Shown here: piece by piece, positions 50,660 to 63,339 of the stretch | Layout of the letters: the number at the start of each line of letters is the position of its first letter | Numbering within the stretch: position 1 is the first letter of the stretch | Assembly (NCBI RefSeq): GCF_030028105.1 | Contig: NC_092377.1 | Span: forward strand, 21,448,782-21,512,781 | Direction of reading: 5' to 3' | Length of the DNA stretch: 64,000 nt | Origin: Mobula birostris | Lineage: Eukaryota | The notes under the pieces: generated by a model | Databases searched by the model: none | What the model was told of the DNA's origin: nothing | The model's input: only the letters and a program-made list of their open reading frames with translations | Translations under genes and position numbers: made by a program

Positions 50660-53600
50660 AATCAGAGGAAGAAAAACTACACTGGAAATAAAAGGTTGCA
50701 GTTCAATTAAGGGAGTACTTAAGAAAACAAAGTGTATGGCAAGGGATAGGTCTTATGGAAACTAGAGTGTATGGGGAAGGGCCACACTATAAAACCGTAA
50801 GACTTCACCTGCAGAGAGAGTCAGATTAATTTTGTAACCATTTTGTAGTTCACACTAGAATACTTATCATAATGATTTGACTATAGCCCATGAAAATAGA
50901 AAAGGTATATATGGTTCACTATGCACGTTTGTGAATGCTTGGAACATGTACCACTTCAAACATGATATGGTGGTGATTAAAAAAAAAGTGATAGCTCTAA
51001 CAGCAGGACTTGCCATTAGATACTCCTGTCTACAAAGTGTTTAGAAAGGAAAGGGATGGGGAAACAATACTGATTAAAAACATTACAAAACTAGAGAGAG
51101 GGTGTAACAAAAGGAACAACGACAGAATTTGGTTAGAGGAAGAAATGGCAGAGAACATTACATTTCTGAGTGTCTTCAGGTGGTCACCCATGTAGAGGTG
51201 CAAATATGTAGGGAGATTACAGAAAAGTACACAAACATTAAAAATATTTAAAATGGCAATGATAGTGTAAACAGGGATAAAAAGAGTTGAGGTCACAAAG
51301 AAATAAGTGTTATGATCACAAGAGTGTTTTGATCTAATTAATAAAGATTTGGAGATAACAAGCCACAACTTCTCAAATTCATAGATGACACAAAACTGTC
51401 AGTATTGCGAACTCATTTGAAGATAGTGATATGTTGCAGCAAGATATGGAAAGACTGATGGAATGGCGAGATGCAATGTAATGCACAGAAATGGGGACTT
51501 GAAACACACAACGGTATTAAATCCCCAGGGCCTGAACAGATATATCTACGGATGCCATGAAAAGTCAAGGATCCCTGGCAGAGATCTTTGTAACTTCATT
51601 AGCCACAGGTGAAGTACCAGAAAACCAATGGATAGCTTAACATTCTGGTTTTATTTCAGAACAGCAGCAATGTTAAGCCTTACAGGCTAGGGAGCCTTAC
51701 ATCAATGGTGTGCAAGTTACTGGAAAGGATAGGGAGAGAAAAGATTTATTTCCATTTGGAAAGGCAAGGGCTGATATGATTTTCCATCTTTTAGAGTGGG
51801 AAATCATGTCATGAATTTGACAGTGATTTTGAAGAGGTGATCAAGACGACAGACAAGGGCTGGATGGCAAATCACTCTTGTGGACTTTAGACAAGATCTC
51901 ACATAGTAGGCTGCTCCAGAAAGTTGAATCAAATGGGATCTAGGCAGATTTGGCAAACTGACTTGGTGGGAGTATATTGTTTTTTCCAGATTGGAAGCCT
52001 GTAAGCAGTGGTGTGCTACAGGGTCTGACGCTGGGTACTTTGCTGATCATATATAGTGATGATTTGTATTAGAATGTAGGTGACATGATTAATAAGTTAG
52101 CAAATGACATCAAAGATGGTAGGATATCAGACAGTGAAGAAGGATGTTTAACTTTGTTGACTTGTCGTTGAATTGAATTGACTTTATTTCTTATATCCTT
52201 CACATACATGAGGAGTAAAAATCTTTTACGTTACGTCTTCGTCCAAATGTACAATCATAGTAATATATAATAAATAGAACAATCAATGTTACATAGAAAT
52301 ACACTCAAATCAGCCTGAGTTAATCAGTCTGATGGCCTGGTGGAAGAAGCTGCCCCGGAGCCTGTTGGTCCTGCCTTTTATGCTGCGGTACTGTATGAAC
52401 TGGGAAGGTGGACAAGGGAGTGCCAGATGAAACTTAACTCTAACAAGTGCAAAGTGTCACATTTTAGGAAGTTGAAGGCATACATTGAGAACAGAAATAG
52501 CTTGGAGTACAAGCACAAAGATTCCTAAAAATGGAATTTCTGGTCACTACACCAAAGAAAGGAAGTGATTTAATTTGAGGGGACGCAATTGATTCACAAG
52601 GATGTTCACTGGACTGGAGAGTTTGAATTACCAGGAGACATGAGAGAGACTGGATATTTTCCCTGGAGTAAAAGGGGCTAAGAGATGACATGATAGGATG
52701 CATATAAAATCATCAGAAACAATCAGGTAGACAGAGTTTGTTTTCTGTGGTAGGATGTCTAAAAGCAGAGAGCATAGATTTAAGTTGAGAGGAAGGTGGT
52801 TTAAAGGGGATCTATGGGGTAAACCTTTCCCCATATTATCTGGAGAGCTGGTGGTGAAGGCAGGGGAAGTAACCTTTAAGAGGCATTGAGTACCTGAATG
52901 AGCAGGACAAAGGAAAATGGAATTAATGGAGTAGCATACAGTAGATTGGCATGATGGTTGACATAGATATGGATGACTAACAGGCCTGTTTTGATGCTGT
53001 ACAACTCTCTGATGCATTTTGTTGAAAGAATGAGAGGCAGCACAGAATAAAGCAAACAGTTCCACAGCATGCATCGGAGTGAGCAGATGTCTTTGTGGGT
53101 GGAGGTGGGGGGGGGGGGGGAGGGAAGACAAGTAATAAGGCAGGATGAAAAAACACTTAACAAATCCAACGCAATGTCAGGTTTTATGAGGAGGCATACA
53201 ATATAAAAGCAGGGAAGTTGTGCTGAACCTTTATAAAAGATTTAAGGAGGACCTCAACTGGAGTAACTGGGGTGTTGCATTCATAGCTGCCACATTTAAG
53301 GATTCACAGACATTACCAAGGGTCCAAAAAAGATTCACAAGAATCAACCCTGGGAATTATATGAACGCCGAAAGATTGATCAGAGAGCTCTAAATAGCTT
53401 TTTCTTTTGAAACAATGAGGCAAGATTTGATACAAATATCTGAAATGTGAAGCTGCACCTTTGGTGGAGTGAGAGGACGAGAGATCACAGGAATACAATG
53501 GAAGGGAAGTGAATTAAGATCAACATGAGTAAAACTTATTTATACAATGTGTGATTAGGATTGCAATGTATTATCTGCAAATCTGATGGGAGCAGGTTCC

Positions 53601-53750
53601 ATTGTAGCTTTTAACTAGTAACTAAATAAAATGCAAGGTGAAGAAAAAATTGCAAGGCCAAGGAGAAAGGCCAGGGGGTGGAACTAGTGAGTTGCTTAAA
53701 CACAAAAGGTCCAGATGACCTTCCTCTATACAGCATCTATTCTATGATAA
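50660..53750 (+). mobile_element. Cluster of old CR1 fragments
   Basis: KF.DDTK-like, KSPGP and SGVLQG remnants with several CR1 3' ends. Confidence 0.65.
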
Positions 53751-54169
53751 TTTTTAAGTTAGAACCTCAGGATTAATTAAACTACCACTTCCAAAGCCAA
53801 TGATGAAAATATGAAATAAAATAAATCCTGAAAATATTGAGTGTGCCAAGTTGTGCCTCTGAAGAGAGAAAAAAATGTTAATATTTCAGGCTATTGGCCT
53901 TTCCAAAGAAATGGGGAATATAATCAGAATTAATTTTACAATATAAAGGTGAAGGGAAAGGGAAGATAAAACATTTGTGGCAGGGTAAAAGGCAAGAGAA
54001 ATTATATACCAAAATGGAATGATAGTGCAAGATGAAAGGTAATCATAAGTACATACTTTGAAGGAAATGTAAGATGGAGAAGCAAGATAATTCTCTGAAA
54101 TTTCAAGAATAAGAATGATGACAATAGAAAAGGTGAAAATGACATTGAAATGAAAAATGAAAATAACAC

Positions 54170-54808
54170 ACGAAAGCATTTGATAAAGTGAAGCACAATA
54201 AGTTATTTGAAATACTACAGAAAACTCTAGATCTAGATTTGAAAGACCTCTGCCTAATCAGAAATCTGTACTGGGAACAAACTGCTGCTGTAAGAATAGA
54301 TGGAGAAGTGAGTCAGTTTACAAAAATCAAGAGCGGCGTTAGACAAGGATGTGTTTTCTCCCCTGATTTATTTAATATGTACAGTGAAACAATATTACAA
54401 AAAATAAGCAACATCTTGGGAATCAAAGTTGGCGGTGAAAACATCAATAATTTCAGATATGCAGATGACACTGTGTTAATTGCAAGTACGGAGGAAGAAC
54501 TACAGAACTTAATTGATATAGTTGTTGAAGGAAGTGCAAAAATGGGTCTATCTATCAATTGCAAAAAGACAGAATGTATGGTGATATCCAAAAAGGACAT
54601 TCCTATCTGCAGGCTGAGAATAAACGGGGAAGACACAGAACAAGTATAGAACTTTTGCTACTTAGGAAGTTGGGTGACATCAGATGGCAGGTGTGACATG
54701 GACATCAAAAGAAGAATAGGGGTGGCAAAACGCACCTTTACAAGAATGAAGAGTATACTGACCAATACTAAACTAGGCATGACAACCCGCCTCAGAGTAC
54801 TGAAATGA
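54170..54808 (+). mobile_element. RTE-clade LINE RT fragment
   Basis: KAFDKV...LIRNLYWEQTAAVR...GVRQGCVFSPDLFNMYSE...INNFRYADDTVLIA...GLSIN.KKT. Confidence 0.88.
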
Positions 54809-56129
54809 TTTTCTTTTAATTTCAAATGATTCTTTCTCCCACACCTGTCATCTTTAAACTAACATTTTAAGTATCCTCATTTTTTTTATCCTCATTTCAC
54901 TGTGCTGTCAGAATTTGGAACAGCCTTCCAGATGCTGTGGTTGGAAACATCTGCGACGATGGGGTCCAAGCCTTCAAGAGTCGAGTGCACAAACACCTAT
55001 CATCTCTGGGGGGGGGGGGGGGGGTCGTCACATGCCTCTTCATAAGTTATCATGAAGGGGACCAGGATGGCAATGCTTGGTTGTTGGTAGGTAGGGTTAA
55101 TACCTGACTTTCAAGAGCACTTGTGAGTTATGTTCCAGCTGGACTTAGTCCTTCAACTGCTGGAGAACAGTGCGGAAAGAACAGGTGGTTTTCTCCCGGT
55201 AGGGATTAGTTTTTAGCATGTGTATAAATGCTGTCTCTCTTCAGCAGACTTCATCATGATCATCATGATCCCAGTATTTCTACTATTTTTTAACTGTACA
55301 TATGATCTTTTTGTGTTCTATCGCTGAGCAGCTGCGAACCATCTGATTGGCCTACCAGAGTTCTCTTTGGGAACTAGTCGACTTGATCAGCATTTCTGAT
55401 CTGGCTATTGTTCATGATTGCATTTAATTAAAAAAACATGGCCTAATTATTTCTAGTACTTTGTGTTTATATTTTACTATTAAGGGAACTGAATTAAAGA
55501 AGGTAATGTCCTCTATCTCAGAAGTGCTGAATAAAGAACACAAAATGGTTGATAGTTTTGTTAACCAAATGTAACAGTGTTAAAGTCAAGGAAAAGCAAT
55601 GTCTTTCAATCATATGGCACTATTATCTGGTTCTTAATTTGACTGTGTTGATGAACATATAGTCTAAGGAAGCCATCTAGTGGATGCTTCCCTATACAAG
55701 GAACAGAAACAGGTGTACTCTTATTCAGCTATAATGACAGGCGATTAATGCAGAGTGAATTGCACAAATTTAATTTCACAAAAGTTCCTGTACTTTTCAT
55801 TATGAATTTGCATCCATTGTAGATGCACTATCAAAAACAAATGATCTGCTTTCCTAAACGGGACAGTGGCTTACATAGAAATGTATGAAGTTCTGATTTT
55901 ATTACTTACTTGACTGAATATTTTTTATTCAACTACTTGTGAATTTCAGATGCATACTTGCATCGAGATCATTTAAGGCATTGCTGATGCTGCTCAATTT
56001 ATTTGCTCCATTTAAGCATTATTCAATTTTTAATAAATTAAAAAACAACAATAAGTAAATAGGAACATTAATAGGCCAACAGGTCCCTTCCTGTTTAATC
56101 ACTCAATATGATCACACCTCTCCTCTCAG

Positions 56130-56425
56130 CCTCAGGTCACAGACTCAGAACACAAGGACATCCCTTTAGAAAAGAGCTGAATAATTTCCTCAGCCAGAGA
56201 GTGGTGAATCTGTGGGATCCATTGCCGCAGACAGCCATGGTGGCCAAGTCATTGGGTATATTTAAAGCTGAGGTTGATGGGTTCTTATTAAGGGCATCAA
56301 AGTTTACGGGGAGAAGGCAGGGGAAACAAGATTGACAGAGATATTGAATCAGCCATGATGGAATGGCAGAGCAGACTCGACAGGCCGAATGGCCTAATTC
56401 TACCCTCATGTCTTGTGGTCTCGCC
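56130..56425 (+). mobile_element. CR1 3' end
   Basis: SQRVVNLW...FKAEVD plus 3' UTR. Confidence 0.8.
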
Positions 56426-57304
56426 TATGCTAATTTCATGGCCCTCAATTCTCCGATACCAGATGTTCTTTCTTTAAATATCTCTAATGATCAAGCCTCC
56501 ATGAACCTCTGTGGCAGACATTTCCAGTTCCATCATTCTGTGAAGAAATGCTTGAACACTTGTTATACATGTAATTCTAGAGAATTAGCCACTCATGACA
56601 GACGACCCTCTCAAACTAGAAGTTAGCCAGGGCCTGCCCCAAATATGAGTAGGTGCTTTCTTAAGGAAGCTAGAATTGTCCACAGTATTCCCAATGTGGC
56701 CTCGCTAAGATCGTACACAACTGAAACAATATTTCCCTACTTCTCAACTCCAATCCCCCTGTAAAAAAGGATAATTTTCTATTTGCGTTCATAATCACTT
56801 GAAGTACCTGTCACTTTATGATAAGGTATACACAAGAACATTTAGATGTCTCTGAAGCTCAATCGTTTGGTGTTTTCTTTCTTGTGACTGACTGGCAGGT
56901 GGGTGAACTGCAAAGTGTGTGAGTGTGTGAGAGAGATAGGTGGTTTGCAAGTTTTGTTTCTTTTTGTTTTTCTTGCTGAGGGGTGGGGAGTTGATGTCTT
57001 TTCTTTCAACAACTCCCATAGTCTGACTGCATTTCATAGCCATCTGGAGAAGACAAATATAGTAGTATTGTACATGCATACTTTGGCAATAAAATGAACC
57101 ACTGAACCTTTGTTCACCAGTATCAGTTCTGTGAATAGAACGTATGGTTGAATTTACCAACCATTACCACATCATAAGTTATAACAGATGGCTTCATGGC
57201 CATTTGGGTTCTTTCCACCATTCAGCAAGACTATGGCTGATCTTCCACCTCAGCATAATTTCTAACACAATCTCATCTCTGAGATTGCATTAGATCTCAT
57301 TCTG

Positions 57305-58130
57305 TAGTGCACATGCGCCGGTCGTGCATGCAGCCTGGTACAGCGGTTCCGATCTATTATTACTTTCTTCTTCTTACCTTTAACTTACATTATTTTTTTG
57401 TATTTTTTTTCTCACGGTAACACGTCGAAGCTGCACCCTCTCTAACATGCTGGTAGAGAGAGTTTTATTTGGGTTTTTTTTAGCGCTGGAAATAGTTACA
57501 TCCCGACACGCGGGACAGAAGCAAGGTCGCATTGTGTATTCCAGGGACCAGCTAATGTCGGCCGGTTTAGCTAGCAGAGCGGCGGACACCCCTGCTGAAA
57601 TCCGGAGGAAAACACACAGAGGATGCAGAGGGGGATCACAAAGTGGAAGAAAGAGGACCGGGTCGAGACAACAGAGGCTTATGGAGAAGAGGAGTTCGGT
57701 GGGTAATACCGTTCCGTCTGACCGGAAGTGCACTGAGAGCGGTAAGCGTAAAGGAGTTGGGTGCTTACTGATCTGATTGACAACAGATGGTGCAATCCGG
57801 GTCATATTACGATCGAGGAACGTGTTTGTAGACCGTATACTGAACTTTCTACTGTTGGACTTCGGCCACATTCCAACGTGATACAACACTTGGCGACACG
57901 GCAGGTCGTTCCTGCCTGTGGCCATTGAATGTGCAGCTCCTCCCGTGAAGGGTCAGACACCCTGAGCCAATAGACTGGTCCTGGACTTATTTTCCATCTG
58001 GCATAGTTTGCATTTTGTTGTTTGATTGTTTGTGGTTTTTGTATTGCTATATTTACGCTCTATTCTTGGTTGGTGCGGCTGTAACAAAACCAAATTTCCC
58101 TCGGGATTAATAAAGTATATCTATCTATCT
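57305..58130 (+). mobile_element. Internally deleted non-autonomous Rex1/Babar-like element
   Basis: CpG-rich 5' part and an APE remnant (DRKCTESGKRKG...NRWCNPGH) joined to a 3' end homologous to 27252-27470; (TATC)n tail. Confidence 0.75.
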
Positions 58131-59798
58131 CCCTCGATAGCCTTAATACCCAAAGACCTCATCTGAATGAAGACAACTGTTCATTTTCCTCCATAGATTT
58201 TGCCTGACCCACTGAGTTTCTTCAACAATTTGTGCATTGATTCAGAATACTAGCATCTGCCATCTCTCCTGCGCTTTTGAATTTCCACTGCATCCCAAGC
58301 AGAGAACTCCTAAGGTTCACGAATCTCAAAGGAACTTCCTTCTCAGTTGGATTCTCATCAACCTTTCCAAACTAGGTTGCTGGTCCAAGACCCAGTCAAT
58401 TCAGCAAGAGAAAATGTTCTCCATGCATCTGGCCAGTCAAGTCATTAGGGCATTTTATAGGATTCTAAGAGAATTAAAGAACGAAATTCTAGTGTATGCA
58501 ATCACTCCCATATGGTAAACTTGGCCATTACAGGAAATGGCCTAATAACCCCTTGAACTCCCTTCATGACAAATTCTTTTCTTTGGCAAGAAGATCAAAA
58601 AATTTACAAGGTTTTCCAAATACAGATACTTTCTCACCATGGCACTATAAAATCTCTACGATTCCCTTACTCCTACAATCAAACCCTGCTAACATATCAT
58701 TTGTACTGCTTACTGCTTGCTAATTCTTCAGTGAATTGTGTATAAGCAACCTAGGTCCCGTAGAACGTCGATACTAATGAATCGCTTTGTTCTTCACAGT
58801 AACATGCATCAAGATGGATTACCTCAGTATCCACACCATCTTTTAACTGCTAATTAAATGTTATATTCTCACCCATTCATTTAGCATGTCTACATATTTC
58901 TGAAGCATTCTTTACATTTGCCTCTACCATGATTTCAGGTAACTTGTCCCAAATACCCACCACTTTTTGTGTGAAATAAAATTGTCCCTCGGTTTCTCTT
59001 AATATTTTTTAAACTTATATCTTAAGTTTATGCCCTTTAGACTCCTCTACCTTAATTAAAGCAAACTATGACTCTGAGAGTCCGCTCTCAAATCTCCGGG
59101 AAATAGATCAGGTCAACCAGGTTAGTAACCTCCAAGCTCACCAACTTCTCTTGTACTATATTTTCAGTAATACTTCCAGTTCCTCATTGTCACTAGATGC
59201 TTGAATCTTCAACTTAATCGAGTAGTCTTTGAGCATTTTCTTCCATGAAGACTGGCACAAAATCATTAATTCCTTTGCCATTTACTTATTCCCTCTTATA
59301 AATTTGCCAGTCTGCTATAAAGAGCCCACATTTCTACTCACTGTTACTTTCTTTTTATAAAAGGTGTTAATGTCTGTCTTTATGCTTCTCACCAATCTAA
59401 ATTTATACTGTACTTTGCCGTATCAAATTCTTGGCCCTCTACAGAACTCTGAAGTCTCTACTTTCTGAAGATCTCCATCTGAAATTCCGAGGTTCACATT
59501 CCCCTGTGAAACTAGTTTAAATCCCTTCCAATATCATGAACAAACCAAGTTGCATCCCCTTTTCCTCCTCACTCCATAGTTTAAATATTATCACTTCCTT
59601 TGTTTAATATGCACATCTAATCTGCCTGAACAAAACTCAGGATACATTAAGGGTTAACCTGAAATGTCAGCTATCCATTTCGCTCTAGTTCATTCCAGAT
59701 GCTACCTGACACGAATCCCCTCAGTTTGTTTTCACAGCCTGAAAAAAATGCATGATTATTTTGATAAACTTTGCAGATATATGTCATTTTGTACTTAC

Positions 59799-59942
59799 AG
59801 GGCAAGGGGAATGAAGAAACACGGTCACTTTTTCATCTTCCAACATCAGCTGCAAGAAAAGCCTCCTGATAAAACCAGAGATATTTCCCGACGTTGGGAT
59901 ATTTGGTCGCTGAGGTGTTGACTGGAATAGCTCACACAGAAC
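59799..59942 (-). CDS. BIRC6: BIRC6 coding exon (VLCELFQ...FLHSPCP), 144 nt
   Basis: attttcag|GTT ... CCT|gtaagt; translates VLCELFQSTPQRPNIPTSGNISGFIRRLFLQLMLEDEKVTVFLHSPCP; absent from ORF track. Confidence 0.96.
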
Positions 59943-61206
59943 CTGAAAATATTTTAATTTTAAATTAGCTTTTGTCCATTGCTACTTGTTGTTTAATTAC
60001 CATTTGACAAAGTCTGACACAATATTCTAGTCTTATTCAGCAAAATATATTGAGTTGTGTGTAAGTAAACAAATTAAAAATGAGATTAGACATTTATAAT
60101 GATCAAAACCTCAGTTTTCATCACTAAAATTTCACCGAGTCTCAAACATCTGTGCACAAGCTGAACAAAAGCTCAAAACAATTAAGTGACAGATGGTGTT
60201 GCATCTGTTGCAATGCACTATCACTACACTATCATCCAGCAGGAGGTTGCAGTCTTTTGCTATCTTTGACAAAATGTAAAACTCGACTGCCAGTTTCCTT
60301 CTCTCAAGGTGTGCCAGGACATCAGAGGATCGACCCTGTGCACTGTGCCACCCTAGTACCAATGTGGTGCCCAGGCTGGAGGCAGGCTCAGTCCAAGTAT
60401 GACCAGCTCCATAGCAGCTTTCAGGGCAGAGTACAATTCAGAAAAAAATGAGCAACGTGGTGTTTGATGTCCAAGAATCCTGCTTCACCTTCAAGAGCTT
60501 GGAGATATCTCAGAGTAACCAAACCACCAGCATTCTCAAGTCTCCATTCAGAGTTGGCCTTAGTTGGAAAAGAAAAATGAGTTGAGGTGGCGGGGGGGAG
60601 GGGCGGAATTAATCTGAAACTATAGAGGAATGAAATAATGATTTCTACTTGCTTTTCCACACCACTTGCCAGCAAGTACATGGCTCTAGATGTCATCTGA
60701 TGACACTCAGATTTGTTTTATCACTCACTCCAAAATGGAAAATTAACAACAGACAAAGATGAGGTATTGAAGAGTACTAGCACATGGAATCAACAAGAAA
60801 GAATGAAAGAAGAATTAACTGTACAATTTTAGCTCTGAGAAACTGAGTAAATTAATTAGTTACAGTGTACAGAACTATGGTGGTTAAGTTGCTGTACCAC
60901 TATCCAAATACCTGGACTAATGACTAGACAAACTTTAGTCCCTTTGTGGAAGCTGGAAACTTTAACTTCAGAAAAATCAAATCAATCTGGTACAAAACAC
61001 TAATCATTCAATGTGACCACAGAATTCCTGTACTGTCACACGAATTTATCTGATCCTCCAGCAAACCTTCATCCTGAGCTGGTCAAGTCTATATACAATG
61101 AGGCCCACAGCCAAGTAACTGGTTCTTACTAGTTCTGAAAGTGACAAGATCTCTCTGGCTGGGACATTTAGGGATCATGAAGAATTTACAATCAATCATA
61201 GAAATA

Positions 61207-61631
61207 CAAGGGGTGATTGATAAGTTTGTGGCCTAGGGTAGGAGGAGTCAATTTTAGAAAACCTAGCACATTTATTTTTCCTACATTTACACACTTAGTC
61301 CAGTGGTCGTGGAGGACAAACTTATCAATCGCCCCTGCTGTGGATGACCTGGAGGTCCAAGACTCTCTCATTACATGCACATGCAGTTCAACTCTTTGAG
61401 TGATAATGCAGAAAGTTTGAAGTTAACAACTCATCTCCTTCCACCTTAGGCCACGAACTTATCAATTGCCCCTGATGTGGACCACTTCTACAAAGAAAGG
61501 ATCCGTACACCCCACGACCACTGGACTAAGTGTGTACATGTAGGAGGGGACTGTATTGAAAAATAAATGTGCTGGGTTTTCTAAAATTGACTCCTTCTAC
61601 CTTAGGCCACGATCTTATCAGTCACCCCTCT
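61207..61631. mobile_element. Mariner-type MITE
   Basis: TA flanks (61205-61206, 61632-61633); ~105-bp inverted arms; HDHWTKCV.VGGD.IEK* mariner C-terminal motif. Confidence 0.85.
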
Positions 61632-61919
61632 TAAATCACTAATACTTATAATCCTGGCTAAGGCATGGAAAATTGACAGAAATAGGCTCTAACATGAATA
61701 TCACTTACACCAAAACGTTTAGAACAAGATAGGGTGGGAAAGTATCTTCTTCTCATCCCTGGGGAAAATTTCACATTAAGCAATGCATAAAAAGTTGCAA
61801 ATAGATTGAAAAGTTGGTCCATAACTCTAATTCAGTCATATGCAATTTATGTGCTTCAGACAAAGTTTCAGCTCTCAACTAAGTGTAGCAAACAATTCAA
61901 TATACTTTGTTGACATTAC

Positions 61920-62715
61920 CTGAGCCATTAATTTCTGATTATATGGATGACAAGAAATGCACTGCAAGAAGAATGCCACTGTTGAGTTTTCAATTGCTGT
62001 TCTTTGCTGAGTGGTTAATCCCACACCTGCCGGTGAAGAGGCAGAAGGAAGATATCTGGAACCAACATGATGGGACCCATTCTGGTGGTGGTGCCCAGAA
62101 TTACTGCTACTACTGGAATGACACAACAAGAACAGGAGAGCAGTCCACAAGGGGTTTACTTCGGGTCCCCCTAACCAGTCCTTCATGGTGTGGCTGTTGC
62201 CGACTTCAGTGAGAAAACGGAGAACAGGAGCCACCAGGTCGGCTGTGAGGGGAACTCTGCTGATTGCACGTTGTTGTGAATGATGCCTTTTGTTTCTGTC
62301 CGTGGCTGCCTCCACAGGAGGCATTGCACAATCCAAACTGGAAATATGATTGAAGCAGAAACTGATTAAGCTCTTTACGAGCATCGAAGGCAAACCGGAT
62401 TCCAAGAGCTGTTTAATCGCTTCTGGAGACTGGGTTGCCGCCGCAAGTGTAACAAGATGGGATTCATTCAGTGCAATTGGCGCTTGTGCATTCTTAGAGT
62501 CATCTGTTAAACCAGAATCCAGATCCTCTTTCTTGCTGTCATCAGTCATTGAAAGTCTGTGTTGCATTTGTATAGGAGGCAGATTGATGCCCATCCAGCC
62601 CATGAGCAAAGAAAAGTAGCTTGGGTGGATATGACACATGGAACACAGCAGACTGTCTACAGCTTTCTTCAGAACCATGTTGCAAGGAAGAGACATGGAC
62701 CAGTTGTACAGCAAT
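61920..62715 (-). CDS. BIRC6: BIRC6 coding exon (LLYNWSMSLPCN...QKLMAQ), 796 nt
   Basis: Acceptor ctctttag|A, donor CAG|gtaatg. Peptide LVAPVLRFLTEVGNSHTMKDWLGGPEVNPLWTALLFLLCH...TTQQRTAIEN matches recalled BIRC6. Confidence 0.96.
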
Positions 62716-63339
62716 CTAAAGAGACAGAATTTGTAATTAGATCAGTAATAAAATTGCAGCGGTGAAAAAATGCACCTACAGTACCAAAACATATTCAGAC
62801 CTGCAAGTACAACCATAGAAACATCATGATAAGTACAAAAGGACATTTAAACTGTGTTCCTAAAGATTAGAAATAAAACAAATGAGGCTGTAAATCTGAA
62901 ATAAATAAAGGCCAGACATACTCATCCTGTCAAGGAGTGGCTGAAGAAAGAGAAACAGTCATAATTGGAAAGGAAGGAAAACAAATTAGCATTAAGATCT
63001 TTCCTACATACTACTTCCCAACTTGTGTAAACCTTCATCAGTTGATAATTTCCAACACTATTTTAAAGCAAAACATCATCCATTACTTCACCAGATCTTC
63101 CAAACTTACAAAGTTTAATAATATTATTATTTTGTCACCATCAATATTAACATGTCAACTTGCAAACTACATGACCCCTTGAACCTGCACTGCAATTCCA
63201 CAGGATCACCGCTGATCTAACAGTGACCTCAATTGTGCATTCCCACTTACCACAGTTAGCTTTCATTCCTTGCTTATTCTAGAGCAATCAACACAAAACA
63301 GGACCTTCAGCCCAAGTTGTATTTGCCTGTATTTTGGCA

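Noticed and set aside
55007-55024. Poly-G/poly-C runs (also ~22797, ~27892, ~49950, ~53106) as G-quadruplex elements
   Set aside because: Simple homopolymers, mostly within decayed repeats; no evidence of function, and lengths may be assembly-sensitive.
60130-60600. Cys-rich ORFs between BIRC6 exons
   Set aside because: The flanking BIRC6 exons join in frame without them and there is no recognisable domain; probably a decayed repeat.
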